A stretch of 64,000 bases of DNA from NCBI GenBank assembly GCA_001001285.1, contig LCKG01000001.1:39223-103222 (forward strand), written 5' to 3'. Below, piece after piece: positions 25,983 through 35,206 of the stretch. The stretch comes from Parcubacteria group bacterium GW2011_GWC1_45_13 (lineage in GTDB: Bacteria > Patescibacteriota > Minisyncoccia > UBA11713 > 2-01-FULL-45-33). The position numbers and the translations under genes were made by a program. The notes under the pieces were generated by a model. That model worked only from the letters and a program-made list of their open reading frames with translations, was not told where the DNA came from and made no database searches. Position 1 is the stretch's first letter, and each line of letters starts with the position of its first letter.

Positions 25983-27310
25983 AAATTTTTTGATATGCCG
26001 ATTCCCTGATAATGAAATCCTGCCTTGCGGATTTCCTGCTCGCGCTCCCAAAAGATATTTTTTGCATCAAAAAATATCTTTGGCTCTTTCATTATAGGCG
26101 CCATCTTTTTAAAATCTAGGTCCCGATATTCAGAGCATCCGGTCATTACAATCAAAGCGCTGCTACCTTCAACCATCTTATAAGGGTCGTCATAAAATAT
26201 ACATTTAGCTGTGGCCATAACTTCTTCTTTATTTGCCAACGGGTCATGACAGCGGATTTCTTTAACCATAGGCGCCAGGTCTCTGACAACCTGTACCGAA
26301 AGAGAGTGCCTCAAAGTTGAGGTTCCCGGCTTATAAGTCATACCTAAAACACCGATGGTCGCTTGGCTTAAATTTTTGATTTCCCCCTTTAAAAAATCTG
26401 CCAACAGACGCCAGCGCTCTTTATTTTTTGTTACCGCTCCGAAAATTACCGGGAGTTTAATTTTTTTTGCTTTAGCTTTGTCAAGCAACACAGCTAGATC
26501 GCGCCCCAGCGTGCCTCCGGAAAAACCGATGCTGGCGTCCAAATAAGCTGCGCCGCCTATCCGTGAATCGCTTTTAAGAGCTTTCGTAACCTCCAAAACG
26601 TTGGCTCCGTATTTTTCACAGACGTCGGCAATATCATAAATAAAACTCAAAGATGTGGCCAGAAAAGCGTTGAGAGCGTGCTTGGCCATCTCCGCGGACG
26701 GAATACTTATTGTCTCTATGGGCGCGCCAAGCGGCGAAAAAATATTCTCAACAATTAGTTTCATATTCTGGGCATCTGTGCCAACGATAATACGCGCCGG
26801 TTTTAAAAAATTTTCCAGCGCTTTGCCGAGCTGTAAATTCTCCGGCTGGTAAGCGTAGCCGAAATTGAGGCCGGGGCGGAGGCTGGAAACCAACGCTTTC
26901 AACTCCGCCGAACTGCCCACAGGCAGCTGGCTGGAAAAAATTAATGCTGTTTCTTTTTTAAAATAAGAAGCCGCGTCGGTTATCATCTGTTTTATATTGG
27001 AAATATCAGGCATATCGTTTCTGTCAATCTCCGTATCAATAGTAAACCAGAACACATTGCGCTTTTTTAAATCGTCCAAGTTATTTGTATAAGCCAGCCG
27101 CCCGCTTAGCATATTTTTCTTTATCAATTCCGGCAAACCCGACTCATGGACCGGCGGCTCGCCGGAGTTAAGAAGGCTTACGGTGTTTGCATCGCGATCG
27201 TAGCCGATGACATCGTGCCCCAGTTCGGCTAAACAAGCCGAGTAAACGCTGCCCAGATGCCATAATCCCAGGATGCCGATTGCATATTTTTGATTCGCCG
27301 CATTAAACAT
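25979..27310 (-). CDS. UDP-glucose/GDP-mannose dehydrogenase-family protein
   Basis: N-terminal Rossmann region, a central DSRIGGAAYLDASIGFSGG segment, and a C-terminal UDPG_MGDP_dh_C-like TYKPGTSTLRHS segment. Thr sits where the catalytic Cys is expected. Confidence 0.7.
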   Translation of the reverse strand: MFNAANQKYAIGILGLWHLGSVYSACLAELGHDVIGYDRDANTVSLLNSGEPPVHESGLPELIKKNMLSGRLAYTNNLDDLKKRNVFWFTIDTEIDRNDMPDISNIKQMITDAASYFKKETALIFSSQLPVGSSAELKALVSSLRPGLNFGYAYQPENLQLGKALENFLKPARIIVGTDAQNMKLIVENIFSPLGAPIETISIPSAEMAKHALNAFLATSLSFIYDIADVCEKYGANVLEVTKALKSDSRIGGAAYLDASIGFSGGTLGRDLAVLLDKAKAKKIKLPVIFGAVTKNKERWRLLADFLKGEIKNLSQATIGVLGMTYKPGTSTLRHSLSVQVVRDLAPMVKEIRCHDPLANKEEVMATAKCIFYDDPYKMVEGSSALIVMTGCSEYRDLDFKKMAPIMKEPKIFFDAKNIFWEREQEIRKAGFHYQGIGISKNL

Positions 27311-27311
27311 A

Positions 27312-28319
27312 TTATAAAATCATAGTTCGCGGCTTGTTCACTAAAACCTGCGTGCCCGCTGAATCCACGGAAAACTGAACCTCCCGCAGGCCATACTGGG
27401 AAAATACTCTGCGGACAGTTGGCTGCGCTCCTTCTCTGCAATAAATTAAAAAAAACCCGCCGCCGCCTGCGCCGACAATCTTACCGCCAAGCGCCCCGGC
27501 CTGCTTGGCTTTTTCGTAAATCTCATCAAACTCATCATTGCTTATTTTTGCGGACATTTTTTTCTTTATATGCCAGTGTTCGTCCATTAAACTGCCGAAT
27601 TCATCCAGTTTGCCGGCTTCAAAAACGTTAAAAATATTTTGGCCTATTTTTTTGGTTTGGTGTTTAAGTTCTAAAGCGCTTTCTTTATTCTCCCGAATAT
27701 CAGTTTGCTGCTCTTTTAAAATATCCTCGCTGGAGCGGCGCACTCCCGTATAAAATAAAAGTGCTCTACGTTCAAATTCCCGCTGGGTCGCTATGGAAAT
27801 ATCGGCGTTGGAAACAGTAACGGCTCCGGAAGTATCAATGTCCAAAACGCAAAAATTGCCGAAAGACGCCAGATAAAAATCCTGTTTGCCGTCCGGCAAG
27901 CCAGAGTCACGGGTGGCAATGTCAAAAGCCTCTTCGGCCAGATGCCGCCGGGACATATTTTCTCCTTTTAAAGTATGTAGGGCGTTTAAGAGCCCTACCA
28001 AATAACTGGCAGAGCTCCCCATCCCCGTTCCATCCGAGACATCTGCTTTTGAAGAAATTTCAATCATTTTTGCTATGCCGGTTCGTTTAAGAGCTGCTTT
28101 GGCTAATCTATGTTTCAGATCGTCAATATTTTCTACTTCCTCGCTTTCGCGATATTTCAGGCGTATCAAATCGTCCACGGGTGGGCGAATTACGCCAATA
28201 TACATGTATAAATTAATCGCCACCGCGAAAATAAACCCGCCGTGCTTTTCATAATAAGCAGGCAGATCTGTAGACCCGCCTCCTAAGGGCAGACGAAATG
28301 GCGTTCTGGTTAAAATCAT
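27312..28319 (-). CDS. GHMP-family sugar kinase (D-glycero-D-manno-heptose 7-phosphate kinase, HddA-like)
   Basis: PFRLPLGGGSTDLPAYY and the GHMP ATP-binding motif GTGMGSSASYLVGLL. Lies between the heptose-pathway genes. Confidence 0.7.
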   Translation of the reverse strand: MILTRTPFRLPLGGGSTDLPAYYEKHGGFIFAVAINLYMYIGVIRPPVDDLIRLKYRESEEVENIDDLKHRLAKAALKRTGIAKMIEISSKADVSDGTGMGSSASYLVGLLNALHTLKGENMSRRHLAEEAFDIATRDSGLPDGKQDFYLASFGNFCVLDIDTSGAVTVSNADISIATQREFERRALLFYTGVRRSSEDILKEQQTDIRENKESALELKHQTKKIGQNIFNVFEAGKLDEFGSLMDEHWHIKKKMSAKISNDEFDEIYEKAKQAGALGGKIVGAGGGGFFLIYCREGAQPTVRRVFSQYGLREVQFSVDSAGTQVLVNKPRTMIL

Positions 28320-28987
28320 AATAGTTTTTCTACACGGCTAATATCCGCCGGAGTGGAAATGCCGCCAACTGGCCTTTGGGCTTTAACCGCCATAACTTTT
28401 TCTTTTTTAATTAATTGATTTAACATGCTGGAAAAATAAAATTCGCCATTAGGATGCTGTTTCGGTTTATACTGAAAGATTGTTTGATTGAGCACCATTA
28501 AACCGTTGGCTATCAAATTACCTACTGCGCGTTCTGGTTTTTCAGACATTTCTTCTATACTGCCGTCCTTTCTTAAAGTTGCCACCGCGTGATTCCATGG
28601 ATCTGGGACTTCAAAACACAAAATGCTCAAAGGATAGGCTAAACAATTAATGAAATCTTCTTTGGTTAAAAGTTCATCGCCTTGTACCACCATAAATCTT
28701 TCATTTTTTAAATAAGGTTTAGCGGCAAGAAAACTGTAGGCATTACCCAAATCGGACCCTTCAGCATAGACCACAGGGCGGCCGTGAAATTCCTTGCCGC
28801 AATGCTTTTTAATTTTATCTTCAAGATAACGCACAGCTATAATAGCTTCGTCAATTTCCAGAGGCAGCGCTTCAAAAATATGGTCCAGAATAGTTTTACC
28901 GGCAATTTTTAGAAGCGGCTTGGGAGTATCAAGCGTAAGCGGCCGCATGCGCATTCCCTCGCCTGCCGCCAATATAACGACTTTCAT
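28316..28987 (-). CDS. Sugar-phosphate nucleotidyltransferase (heptose-1-phosphate guanylyltransferase, HddC-like)
   Basis: MKVVILAAGEGMRMRPLTLDTPKPLL. ATGA overlap with the GHMP kinase. Confidence 0.65.
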   Translation of the reverse strand: MKVVILAAGEGMRMRPLTLDTPKPLLKIAGKTILDHIFEALPLEIDEAIIAVRYLEDKIKKHCGKEFHGRPVVYAEGSDLGNAYSFLAAKPYLKNERFMVVQGDELLTKEDFINCLAYPLSILCFEVPDPWNHAVATLRKDGSIEEMSEKPERAVGNLIANGLMVLNQTIFQYKPKQHPNGEFYFSSMLNQLIKKEKVMAVKAQRPVGGISTPADISRVEKLL

Positions 28988-28989
28988 GG

Positions 28990-29916
28990 CTATTTAGTCT
29001 CCAAGCGTTCCTTAATAATATAAGGCGTTTTTCTGTTGGTCTCAAAATAAACCCGCAGCATAAGCTCGGCCAGAAAACCGATCATGAAAAATAAAATCCC
29101 TGCCAATATAAAAAACACGGCAAGAATAGGTAAAGGAGTTTGCCCAAAATTGCGAAGGCCCGCCAATTTAAGATAAACGGACACAGCGCCGACAATCATG
29201 CCCACAAAAATAGCTGCCGCGCCCGCGCCGCCAAAAAATACCAAAGGGCGTCCGGTCATGCTTGATAAAAATTTAATGGTAAGCAAATCGCAAATATCTT
29301 TCACCGCTTTCATAAAATAATGCTTGGAGACACCGAAAGCTCTCGCGTGATGCCGAACCGGAATTTCCGCGACTTTGGCTCCGCGCATATAAAGATATGC
29401 CGGCAAAAACACGTGCATCTCGCCATATAAATGAACTGGTTGAATAATATCTCTACGATAAGCCTTAATAGCGCAAGCAGAATCGTGGAGATAAAGCCCT
29501 GTCACTTTGGCAGTGAGCCAATTGGCCAATCGCGACAAAAGCTTTCTGCTAAAAGAGTCGTGCCTATCCTTACGCCAGCCGGAAACAACATCGTATCCTT
29601 CCCGAATTTTGGCAACCAATTCGGGAATATCCGCCGGATCGTTTTGCAAATCCGCATCCATGGTAATAATAATCTCGCCTTGGGCATCGTGTATGCCGGC
29701 GTCCAGACCCGCTGTCTGGCCAATATTGTAAGCCAAGGAAATAATTTTTATTGGTGAGAGTTTTTTTAATTCGTCCAAAGTTCTGTCAGTAGAAGCATTA
29801 TTTACGGCAATAATCTCAAACGGCTCGCCGAGACTTTTTAAAACCGCGAGCGTGCGCTTGTGCAACTCACCAACATTTTCTTCTTCATTATACGCAGGAA
29901 ATACTATGGAAATCAT
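28990..29916 (-). CDS. GT2 polyprenyl-phosphate glycosyltransferase with C-terminal TM helices (GtrB/ArnC-like)
   Basis: IVFPAYNEEENVGEL, EIIAVNNASTDRT, ITMDADLQNDP and two C-terminal hydrophobic helices. Confidence 0.8.
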   Translation of the reverse strand: MISIVFPAYNEEENVGELHKRTLAVLKSLGEPFEIIAVNNASTDRTLDELKKLSPIKIISLAYNIGQTAGLDAGIHDAQGEIIITMDADLQNDPADIPELVAKIREGYDVVSGWRKDRHDSFSRKLLSRLANWLTAKVTGLYLHDSACAIKAYRRDIIQPVHLYGEMHVFLPAYLYMRGAKVAEIPVRHHARAFGVSKHYFMKAVKDICDLLTIKFLSSMTGRPLVFFGGAGAAAIFVGMIVGAVSVYLKLAGLRNFGQTPLPILAVFFILAGILFFMIGFLAELMLRVYFETNRKTPYIIKERLETK

Positions 29917-29954
29917 AGTCTAATGTTATTGTATTTCCTAATAAAATCAAGGGT

Positions 29955-29983
29955 TTGACAAAAATAAGTTTATTTGCTAGCAT
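29955..29983 (+). promoter_or_regulatory. Sigma70-like promoter candidate
   Basis: TTGACA, then a 17-nt spacer, then TAGCAT. An AGGAGG Shine-Dalgarno sequence lies 6 nt before the ATG at 30025. Confidence 0.4.
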
Positions 29984-30024
29984 TTTATCCAGAAAATCTA
30001 GTTTGGAAAAAGGAGGAATCGCTC

Positions 30025-30912
30025 ATGCCTAAAGGTGTAATCAGAAAATATCCCGGGCGGATATATCCCGGCGGATTGAAAGTGCTTTATGGAGGAACAA
30101 GAACAGGAATAAGGCTGGATCGGCCATGGCAATTGCCCATTCGGACTGACCCAGTAAAATGCCCATTCTGCAGAGGCGAAGAAAAAGTGCTTAAAACTTT
30201 TGATAACGGCTGGCTTTTGTTGGAAAATCGCTTCACACCGCACTCCTATCATAAAATGATCATTCCTCCGAGCTGTTGGTCGGAAAACAAGCTGCGAATA
30301 CTTGGCGGAGTGAAAGAAATTGAAAAAGCACTCTTCGACGTCTGCTCCTTGATTAGCGATGTCAACGCAGAAATGTGGGTGCAAGCTTATGTTGGCGCGC
30401 TCGCGGGTCAAAACATTTCTCATCTGCACTACCACGTGTTAGCGCCAGAGCGTTTTGATTCGACTGACAGTAGTGCAAAACAATCCGAAGCACTTCTGAA
30501 TGTCCAGAAAAACGAGCAGGCCTTAATAGACCTTCTTGGAAATTCGGATAAAATTTTCCTTAACGACTACGGTATAAAAGTGGTTATCGAAAGCATATTC
30601 AGAGCAGGCCAGTGCTTTGTGGTTAGTACCGGTGGAGGCGGTTTGATGACACAACCGCCAGATGTTCTGGCTTGGGCTTTTTCTAAAACTGTCCAAGCTT
30701 ACGCCAACGCATTCCGTAGTAAACAAGGACTTGCACCAGACTTCCAAATATTCTTTAAGTTTCTGGGAACAAGTTTTGTTTACGGAAGCTATCTGCCAAT
30801 TTTGAACCACCAAGGCACAACAGAAACAGTTGGAGCGATTCTGTCGGGAGGCCCATTCGTTCATCCTTGGACGCCGGAAGAAACCCTAGAAGCGTTACAG
30901 AAAGTGAGCTAA
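30025..30912 (+). CDS. GalT-like/HIT-superfamily nucleotidyltransferase or phosphorylase with an N-terminal CPFC zinc motif
   Basis: KCPFCRGEE and the histidine triad HLHYHVL. The start was taken at the ATG at 30025, which has a strong Shine-Dalgarno sequence; the ORF-track start is further upstream. The C-terminal half has no recognisable motif. Confidence 0.5.
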   Translation: MPKGVIRKYPGRIYPGGLKVLYGGTRTGIRLDRPWQLPIRTDPVKCPFCRGEEKVLKTFDNGWLLLENRFTPHSYHKMIIPPSCWSENKLRILGGVKEIEKALFDVCSLISDVNAEMWVQAYVGALAGQNISHLHYHVLAPERFDSTDSSAKQSEALLNVQKNEQALIDLLGNSDKIFLNDYGIKVVIESIFRAGQCFVVSTGGGGLMTQPPDVLAWAFSKTVQAYANAFRSKQGLAPDFQIFFKFLGTSFVYGSYLPILNHQGTTETVGAILSGGPFVHPWTPEETLEALQKVS

Positions 30913-30924
30913 AGCTGCTGAACT

Positions 30925-30958
30925 GCCGAGCAATGCGCCTGCACGCTCGGCTTTTTTT
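30925..30958. terminator. Intrinsic terminator between convergent genes
   Basis: gccgagc-caatgcgcctgca-gctcggc followed by ttttttt. Confidence 0.6.
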
Positions 30959-31679
30959 ATCTCCTTCTTCCGAATAAAATCAAGCTGGTGCCAAATGGCA
31001 TCGGTAAAAATTTATCAATTTTCAGCAATAGATTTAAAACTCTCCCTCTAAAAGTTTTTCCAGCGGTAGCTGAATTTATCGGATAGGGCTTTCGCAAAAT
31101 TTTGCTGAAGAGAACGCAAACAGGTATCAAAGTAAATCCGAAGTAGCGAATTTTTTCTATTTTGATTAAATTGGTTTTATTTATTAATTTTTTTAGTTGG
31201 TCTCTGCTGTAGCGCCTGAAATGCCCCAGCTCGTTATCGTGAAATCCAAAAAGCGATTGCATAGCCGGCACCGTCAAAATCAGACTGCCTTCCGGGCGCA
31301 CTAAATTGGCAAGTTTATTAGCCGCCTCTTGATCATCTTTGATGTGTTCCAATACATCATGAGCTATAACGCAATCAAATCTTTCGCCTAACGGAAAATC
31401 TTCTATAGAACCCCGCTGAAAAGAGCAAGAAGTAGTAAATTCTTTCGGCATAAGCTTCTTTGCAAGGTCAATATATTCCGGCGCGGGATCAATCCCCAAA
31501 ACTTTGTGTCCGGCCCGGGCAAGCAAAAAAGAAAAATCTCCTGAGCCACACCCGGCATTTAGAATTTTCAGAGACTTTTTTCTCTTCAAAAAATCCAAAA
31601 TAATTTGATATTTAGCGTTGGCGTAGGGATCAATATGCCTAACAAGCAAATCTTTATATTGATATCTATTTTCTATCAT
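30957..31679 (-). CDS. Class I SAM-dependent methyltransferase
   Basis: LKILNAGCGSGDFSFLLARAGHKVLGIDP. The start was taken at the ATG at 31677-31679; the ORF-track start is a TTG at 31730 that would overlap the upstream gene. Confidence 0.7.
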   Translation of the reverse strand: MIENRYQYKDLLVRHIDPYANAKYQIILDFLKRKKSLKILNAGCGSGDFSFLLARAGHKVLGIDPAPEYIDLAKKLMPKEFTTSCSFQRGSIEDFPLGERFDCVIAHDVLEHIKDDQEAANKLANLVRPEGSLILTVPAMQSLFGFHDNELGHFRRYSRDQLKKLINKTNLIKIEKIRYFGFTLIPVCVLFSKILRKPYPINSATAGKTFRGRVLNLLLKIDKFLPMPFGTSLILFGRRR

Positions 31680-31695
31680 AAAATTAAAAAATATT

Positions 31696-33126
31696 TTAGA
31701 AAAACGTGTAAAACAAAACTTGCGTGACAACTATTTGAAACAACATCAAAAATAAAAATGGATTAAATAAAGATTGATTTTCTTCTTTGAACAATTTATT
31801 AGGGAACATAAGAAAAAACGGAAGAATAAAAAGCCATAATCTTTCCACGTTAGCCTGAAAGACGCCGACAGCCAAGAAAAACAATAAAATCAATACTCCG
31901 CTCTTAAAAAGTATGTTGCTTTCTTTAAATGTAGTTGGCCAGCCCTGAAAAAAAACATAAACCAACGGTAGGCCAAAATAAATCAAAAAATTTACAATAT
32001 TCATAAAGACATAGAGAAAATAAATCTGCGCCGATTCAAAATTGCTTTTGACTGCTTCGCTGTTAGCCAGCCGCGCTGAAAAAAAGTTGTCTATAATAGA
32101 ATAATCCGACCATTGCTTTATGGCGAAAAAAAATAAAATAAAAACAGCTAATGCAAAAAGTATCCGCAGAACTATCTTAATACGATCTGCAACAACTGCT
32201 TGTTTCAAGCTTAGCCACGCCCAGAAAAGAAAAAACGGACCTAAAAGCAAAAAAATAAAATTAGAAAACAACGCTAAAGCCGCGGCTAAACTTCCTAAAC
32301 CTGAAAACCAGATATTCTTTCGCCAACCAATATATAAAAGCGTTATAGCACTCCAGACTAAAAACATAAAAACGCCGTCCATTGAAGTTGCCGTCATCAT
32401 TACCACGCTCGGCACAAATATAAAAATTTCCAGCGCCCTTCTGACCTCCAATTCGTCTAAAAAATATTTCCATAGAAAATAAAGTGGCCATAAAGTTAAA
32501 CCAGCTATAAAAACAACCCACAGCGCCTCACCGAAAAACCCGGCATTAAAATATTTATAAACAAAATACAAAACCAGCGTGTAACCAGGCGGATGAGTTA
32601 TGCTGTGTTTGGCTAAGCCTGGAAGCAATGAGATATAATTATGCAAAAAATCCTTTGTCGTCTCCACCTTGTTCATATTGCCGCTGTATTCCCAAAATGT
32701 CCGGGTAAACGGATCAGCGATGCTTTTTACGCCCTCGCGAACGCCGGCAACGCCCAAAGAAAAAACTAAAAAGACTAAAAATAAACTCGCAAGAAATTTA
32801 TGAGGCGAAAACGCTTCAATCTTTTTGCGAAAATATAGAAACACAAAAAAAGCGGCCAAAGCTATAAGCAACCATATTAAGCTTGTTAATTTAGGCGAAG
32901 GTATGGCATAAAAAAACAGAAGCGCCGGAATGTATTCTTTATGAAACAAGCCTATTAAAAATTTGGCCCAAACGATCAAGCCGAATGCTGATGCAAAAAT
33001 TAAAAAAAGGTGACGAGCATCTTTATTCGTCCAAAAATAACGATAATACAAGTAAACAAATAGTGAAACAAAAACAAATAAATAGACAGTAGATTTAATA
33101 GCAACAATTAATTTTGCTTCCAACAT
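31696..33126 (-). CDS. Polytopic membrane protein, GT-C-like glycosyltransferase candidate
   Basis: 476 aa with at least 11 hydrophobic helices and a conserved-looking ITHPPGYTL loop. Embedded among GT2 and methyltransferase genes. Confidence 0.45.
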   Translation of the reverse strand: MLEAKLIVAIKSTVYLFVFVSLFVYLYYRYFWTNKDARHLFLIFASAFGLIVWAKFLIGLFHKEYIPALLFFYAIPSPKLTSLIWLLIALAAFFVFLYFRKKIEAFSPHKFLASLFLVFLVFSLGVAGVREGVKSIADPFTRTFWEYSGNMNKVETTKDFLHNYISLLPGLAKHSITHPPGYTLVLYFVYKYFNAGFFGEALWVVFIAGLTLWPLYFLWKYFLDELEVRRALEIFIFVPSVVMMTATSMDGVFMFLVWSAITLLYIGWRKNIWFSGLGSLAAALALFSNFIFLLLGPFFLFWAWLSLKQAVVADRIKIVLRILFALAVFILFFFAIKQWSDYSIIDNFFSARLANSEAVKSNFESAQIYFLYVFMNIVNFLIYFGLPLVYVFFQGWPTTFKESNILFKSGVLILLFFLAVGVFQANVERLWLFILPFFLMFPNKLFKEENQSLFNPFLFLMLFQIVVTQVLFYTFF

Positions 33127-33129
33127 TTT

Positions 33130-33777
33130 TTATTTTTTCCAGCCGATAAACGCATGATTCATGCCCCACTGCGTCCAAAAATATTTTTTGGTTATATCAC
33201 GAAATCCGGCGCGCTTAAGCCTTTCTATAATTTCGGCGTCCGGCAAGTAATAATCTTCGTTTTCGTGCATGCCGCGAACTGAATCCACGTCGTAATGCGT
33301 GCCAAAAACGCTATCGTATACAGCGACAATCTTATGAATCAATATGCCAGCGAATGCGCAAGGCATAGTAACAACTATGTTGCCACCTGGATTCAAACAA
33401 CGATTGGATTCGGCGAGTTCCTTGTCCCGCAATTCTTTCGGAACATGGTTTAAACTCGCAATAAAAGTCACGGAATCAAAAGAGTGATTGGAAAAAGGGA
33501 AATTTTCCAAACTTGTCACAATATTTTCTTCCGTCAAACCTTCGTAAGGAAACACGTCCACCCCCACGCCATTGCCGTTCAAATATTTTTGAACAAATAA
33601 ATTATATTTGCCGCACCCCACGTCCAGACAGCGTCCGCGAATTTCTTTGGCCGCATACTCAAACCTCTCCGCCTGTGTAGAAGTCAGTCCCCACTTATTC
33701 ACTTCAAAAAGCGCAAGTGCGCGCAAAGGCAACGCGATAAAATCCTTAAATTTTTGTGTTCGGCTTCTTTTTTTCAT
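33130..33777 (-). CDS. Class I SAM-dependent methyltransferase
   Basis: GRCLDVGCGKYNLF. ATG at 33775-33777 (MKKRSRTQKF). The ORF-track start at 33801 is a TTG. Confidence 0.65.
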   Translation of the reverse strand: MKKRSRTQKFKDFIALPLRALALFEVNKWGLTSTQAERFEYAAKEIRGRCLDVGCGKYNLFVQKYLNGNGVGVDVFPYEGLTEENIVTSLENFPFSNHSFDSVTFIASLNHVPKELRDKELAESNRCLNPGGNIVVTMPCAFAGILIHKIVAVYDSVFGTHYDVDSVRGMHENEDYYLPDAEIIERLKRAGFRDITKKYFWTQWGMNHAFIGWKK

Positions 33778-35206
33778 ACAAAATATACTTGCCGTTATCA
33801 ATTTTTATACCATATTCGCTTCTAATAGGCGAATAATTAGTTAAATAATAGTTGCTTTCCCACGGGCCGCTTATAATGTAAGCGGGGAATTGGCGCGTCG
33901 AGAGCAAGTCCGCGCCGAAAGTAATATGCGGATTTGCGCGCAAATAATACCAAATATCTTCGCGATTTAATAAAAAGGATATCTCCGGAATGTCTACAAC
34001 TAGAATTCCTGTCCCAGGCGGAACAGCCTGGTTTACATCTTCTGCAAATTGCCGTGGGGTACGGTCATAATATAAACTGGCTTGAGTATTCACCACCAAG
34101 ACAACAATTTGGGTCGCAGTTAAAGCGGCAACTACAATCATCTGGGCATTCCTTTTGACCCAAGCGTAAGCGCCAAATCCTTGTGCAATGCTTCCCAGCG
34201 CCGGTGGAAATAAAACAAACAATAAAACGTGCGCTGGGAAAAAATAGCGGTACCAGCCTGCGGTTTTTAAATAAAAAATAAAATCAAGAACAACAAACAC
34301 GGTTAAAATAATTTCCAGCCTAAGCCATTTGCGCGGCTTGATAAAAATTTTGGAAAGAAAAAAGGCCACCAAAAGCAAAGCGAAATGAATTGGCGTGGAC
34401 TCCTTGAAAAATCGCAGAAAATTAACCAAAATAGTGCCCTCCGCATTGTAAGGATTACGATAAAGCTGTAAAGTTCTTACTAAATAATCAAAAGTAAAAT
34501 TGGACGGCAAAAGCGTGTAAAACCAAATCAAAAGCGGAATCGCTATTCCCGAAGCCAGCAAAAACCAACGTTTGTAATTTATTTTTTTATCTGTCTCGCT
34601 GGCAGGCAGGTTTTGCCAGGTAAACCAAATCTCGCCCGCCATCACACTGGCAGCCAAAAGCAAATAAAGCGATTTTGTGGCGGCTCCGAAACCCAAAAGC
34701 AAGCCAGCCGCGAAAACGCGCCAAGGTCGCTCGCTTTCCAGAAACAATAACCCTCCCAAAAAATACGTAAGCCCAGGAATTTCTCCCAAAGCGCTTTTGC
34801 CATTGCCATAAAGCGGCAAAAAGGTAACCAAAAGAGCCAAGCTCATAAGTGAGTTTCTCGCGCCGTAATATTTCGCGCATAGAGAATAAAACAAATACGC
34901 GAAAATAAACAAAAATATAAACATAACGACCTTGGCTTGCCACAAACCTATTCCAAAAATTTTAAAAGAAAGCGCGATCCAAAGCAGCAACGGATAATTT
35001 GTTGTTATTAATAAAGAGCGTTCTTTTATGAATTCGTTAGGGGCAATTTCCAAACTAAATACTCCGCGAGTAACTAAAGATTTTGCTATGCCTAAATTAA
35101 TGCCTTCATCAAACCAAGGAGCTGGGCTGTCCGGAAACCCATAAAATACCATATAAACAAAAATGGCTGTGATAATAAGGAGTGTTAAATTATACGAGTT
35201 CTTCAT
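33746..35206 (-). CDS. GT-C-fold glycosyltransferase, GT39/GT83 (PMT/ArnT)-like
   Basis: A first-loop DE motif (WFDEGINLGIAKSL), at least 11 TM helices and 486 aa. Confidence 0.6.
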   Translation of the reverse strand: MKNSYNLTLLIITAIFVYMVFYGFPDSPAPWFDEGINLGIAKSLVTRGVFSLEIAPNEFIKERSLLITTNYPLLLWIALSFKIFGIGLWQAKVVMFIFLFIFAYLFYSLCAKYYGARNSLMSLALLVTFLPLYGNGKSALGEIPGLTYFLGGLLFLESERPWRVFAAGLLLGFGAATKSLYLLLAASVMAGEIWFTWQNLPASETDKKINYKRWFLLASGIAIPLLIWFYTLLPSNFTFDYLVRTLQLYRNPYNAEGTILVNFLRFFKESTPIHFALLLVAFFLSKIFIKPRKWLRLEIILTVFVVLDFIFYLKTAGWYRYFFPAHVLLFVLFPPALGSIAQGFGAYAWVKRNAQMIVVAALTATQIVVLVVNTQASLYYDRTPRQFAEDVNQAVPPGTGILVVDIPEISFLLNREDIWYYLRANPHITFGADLLSTRQFPAYIISGPWESNYYLTNYSPIRSEYGIKIDNGKYILYEKKKPNTKI

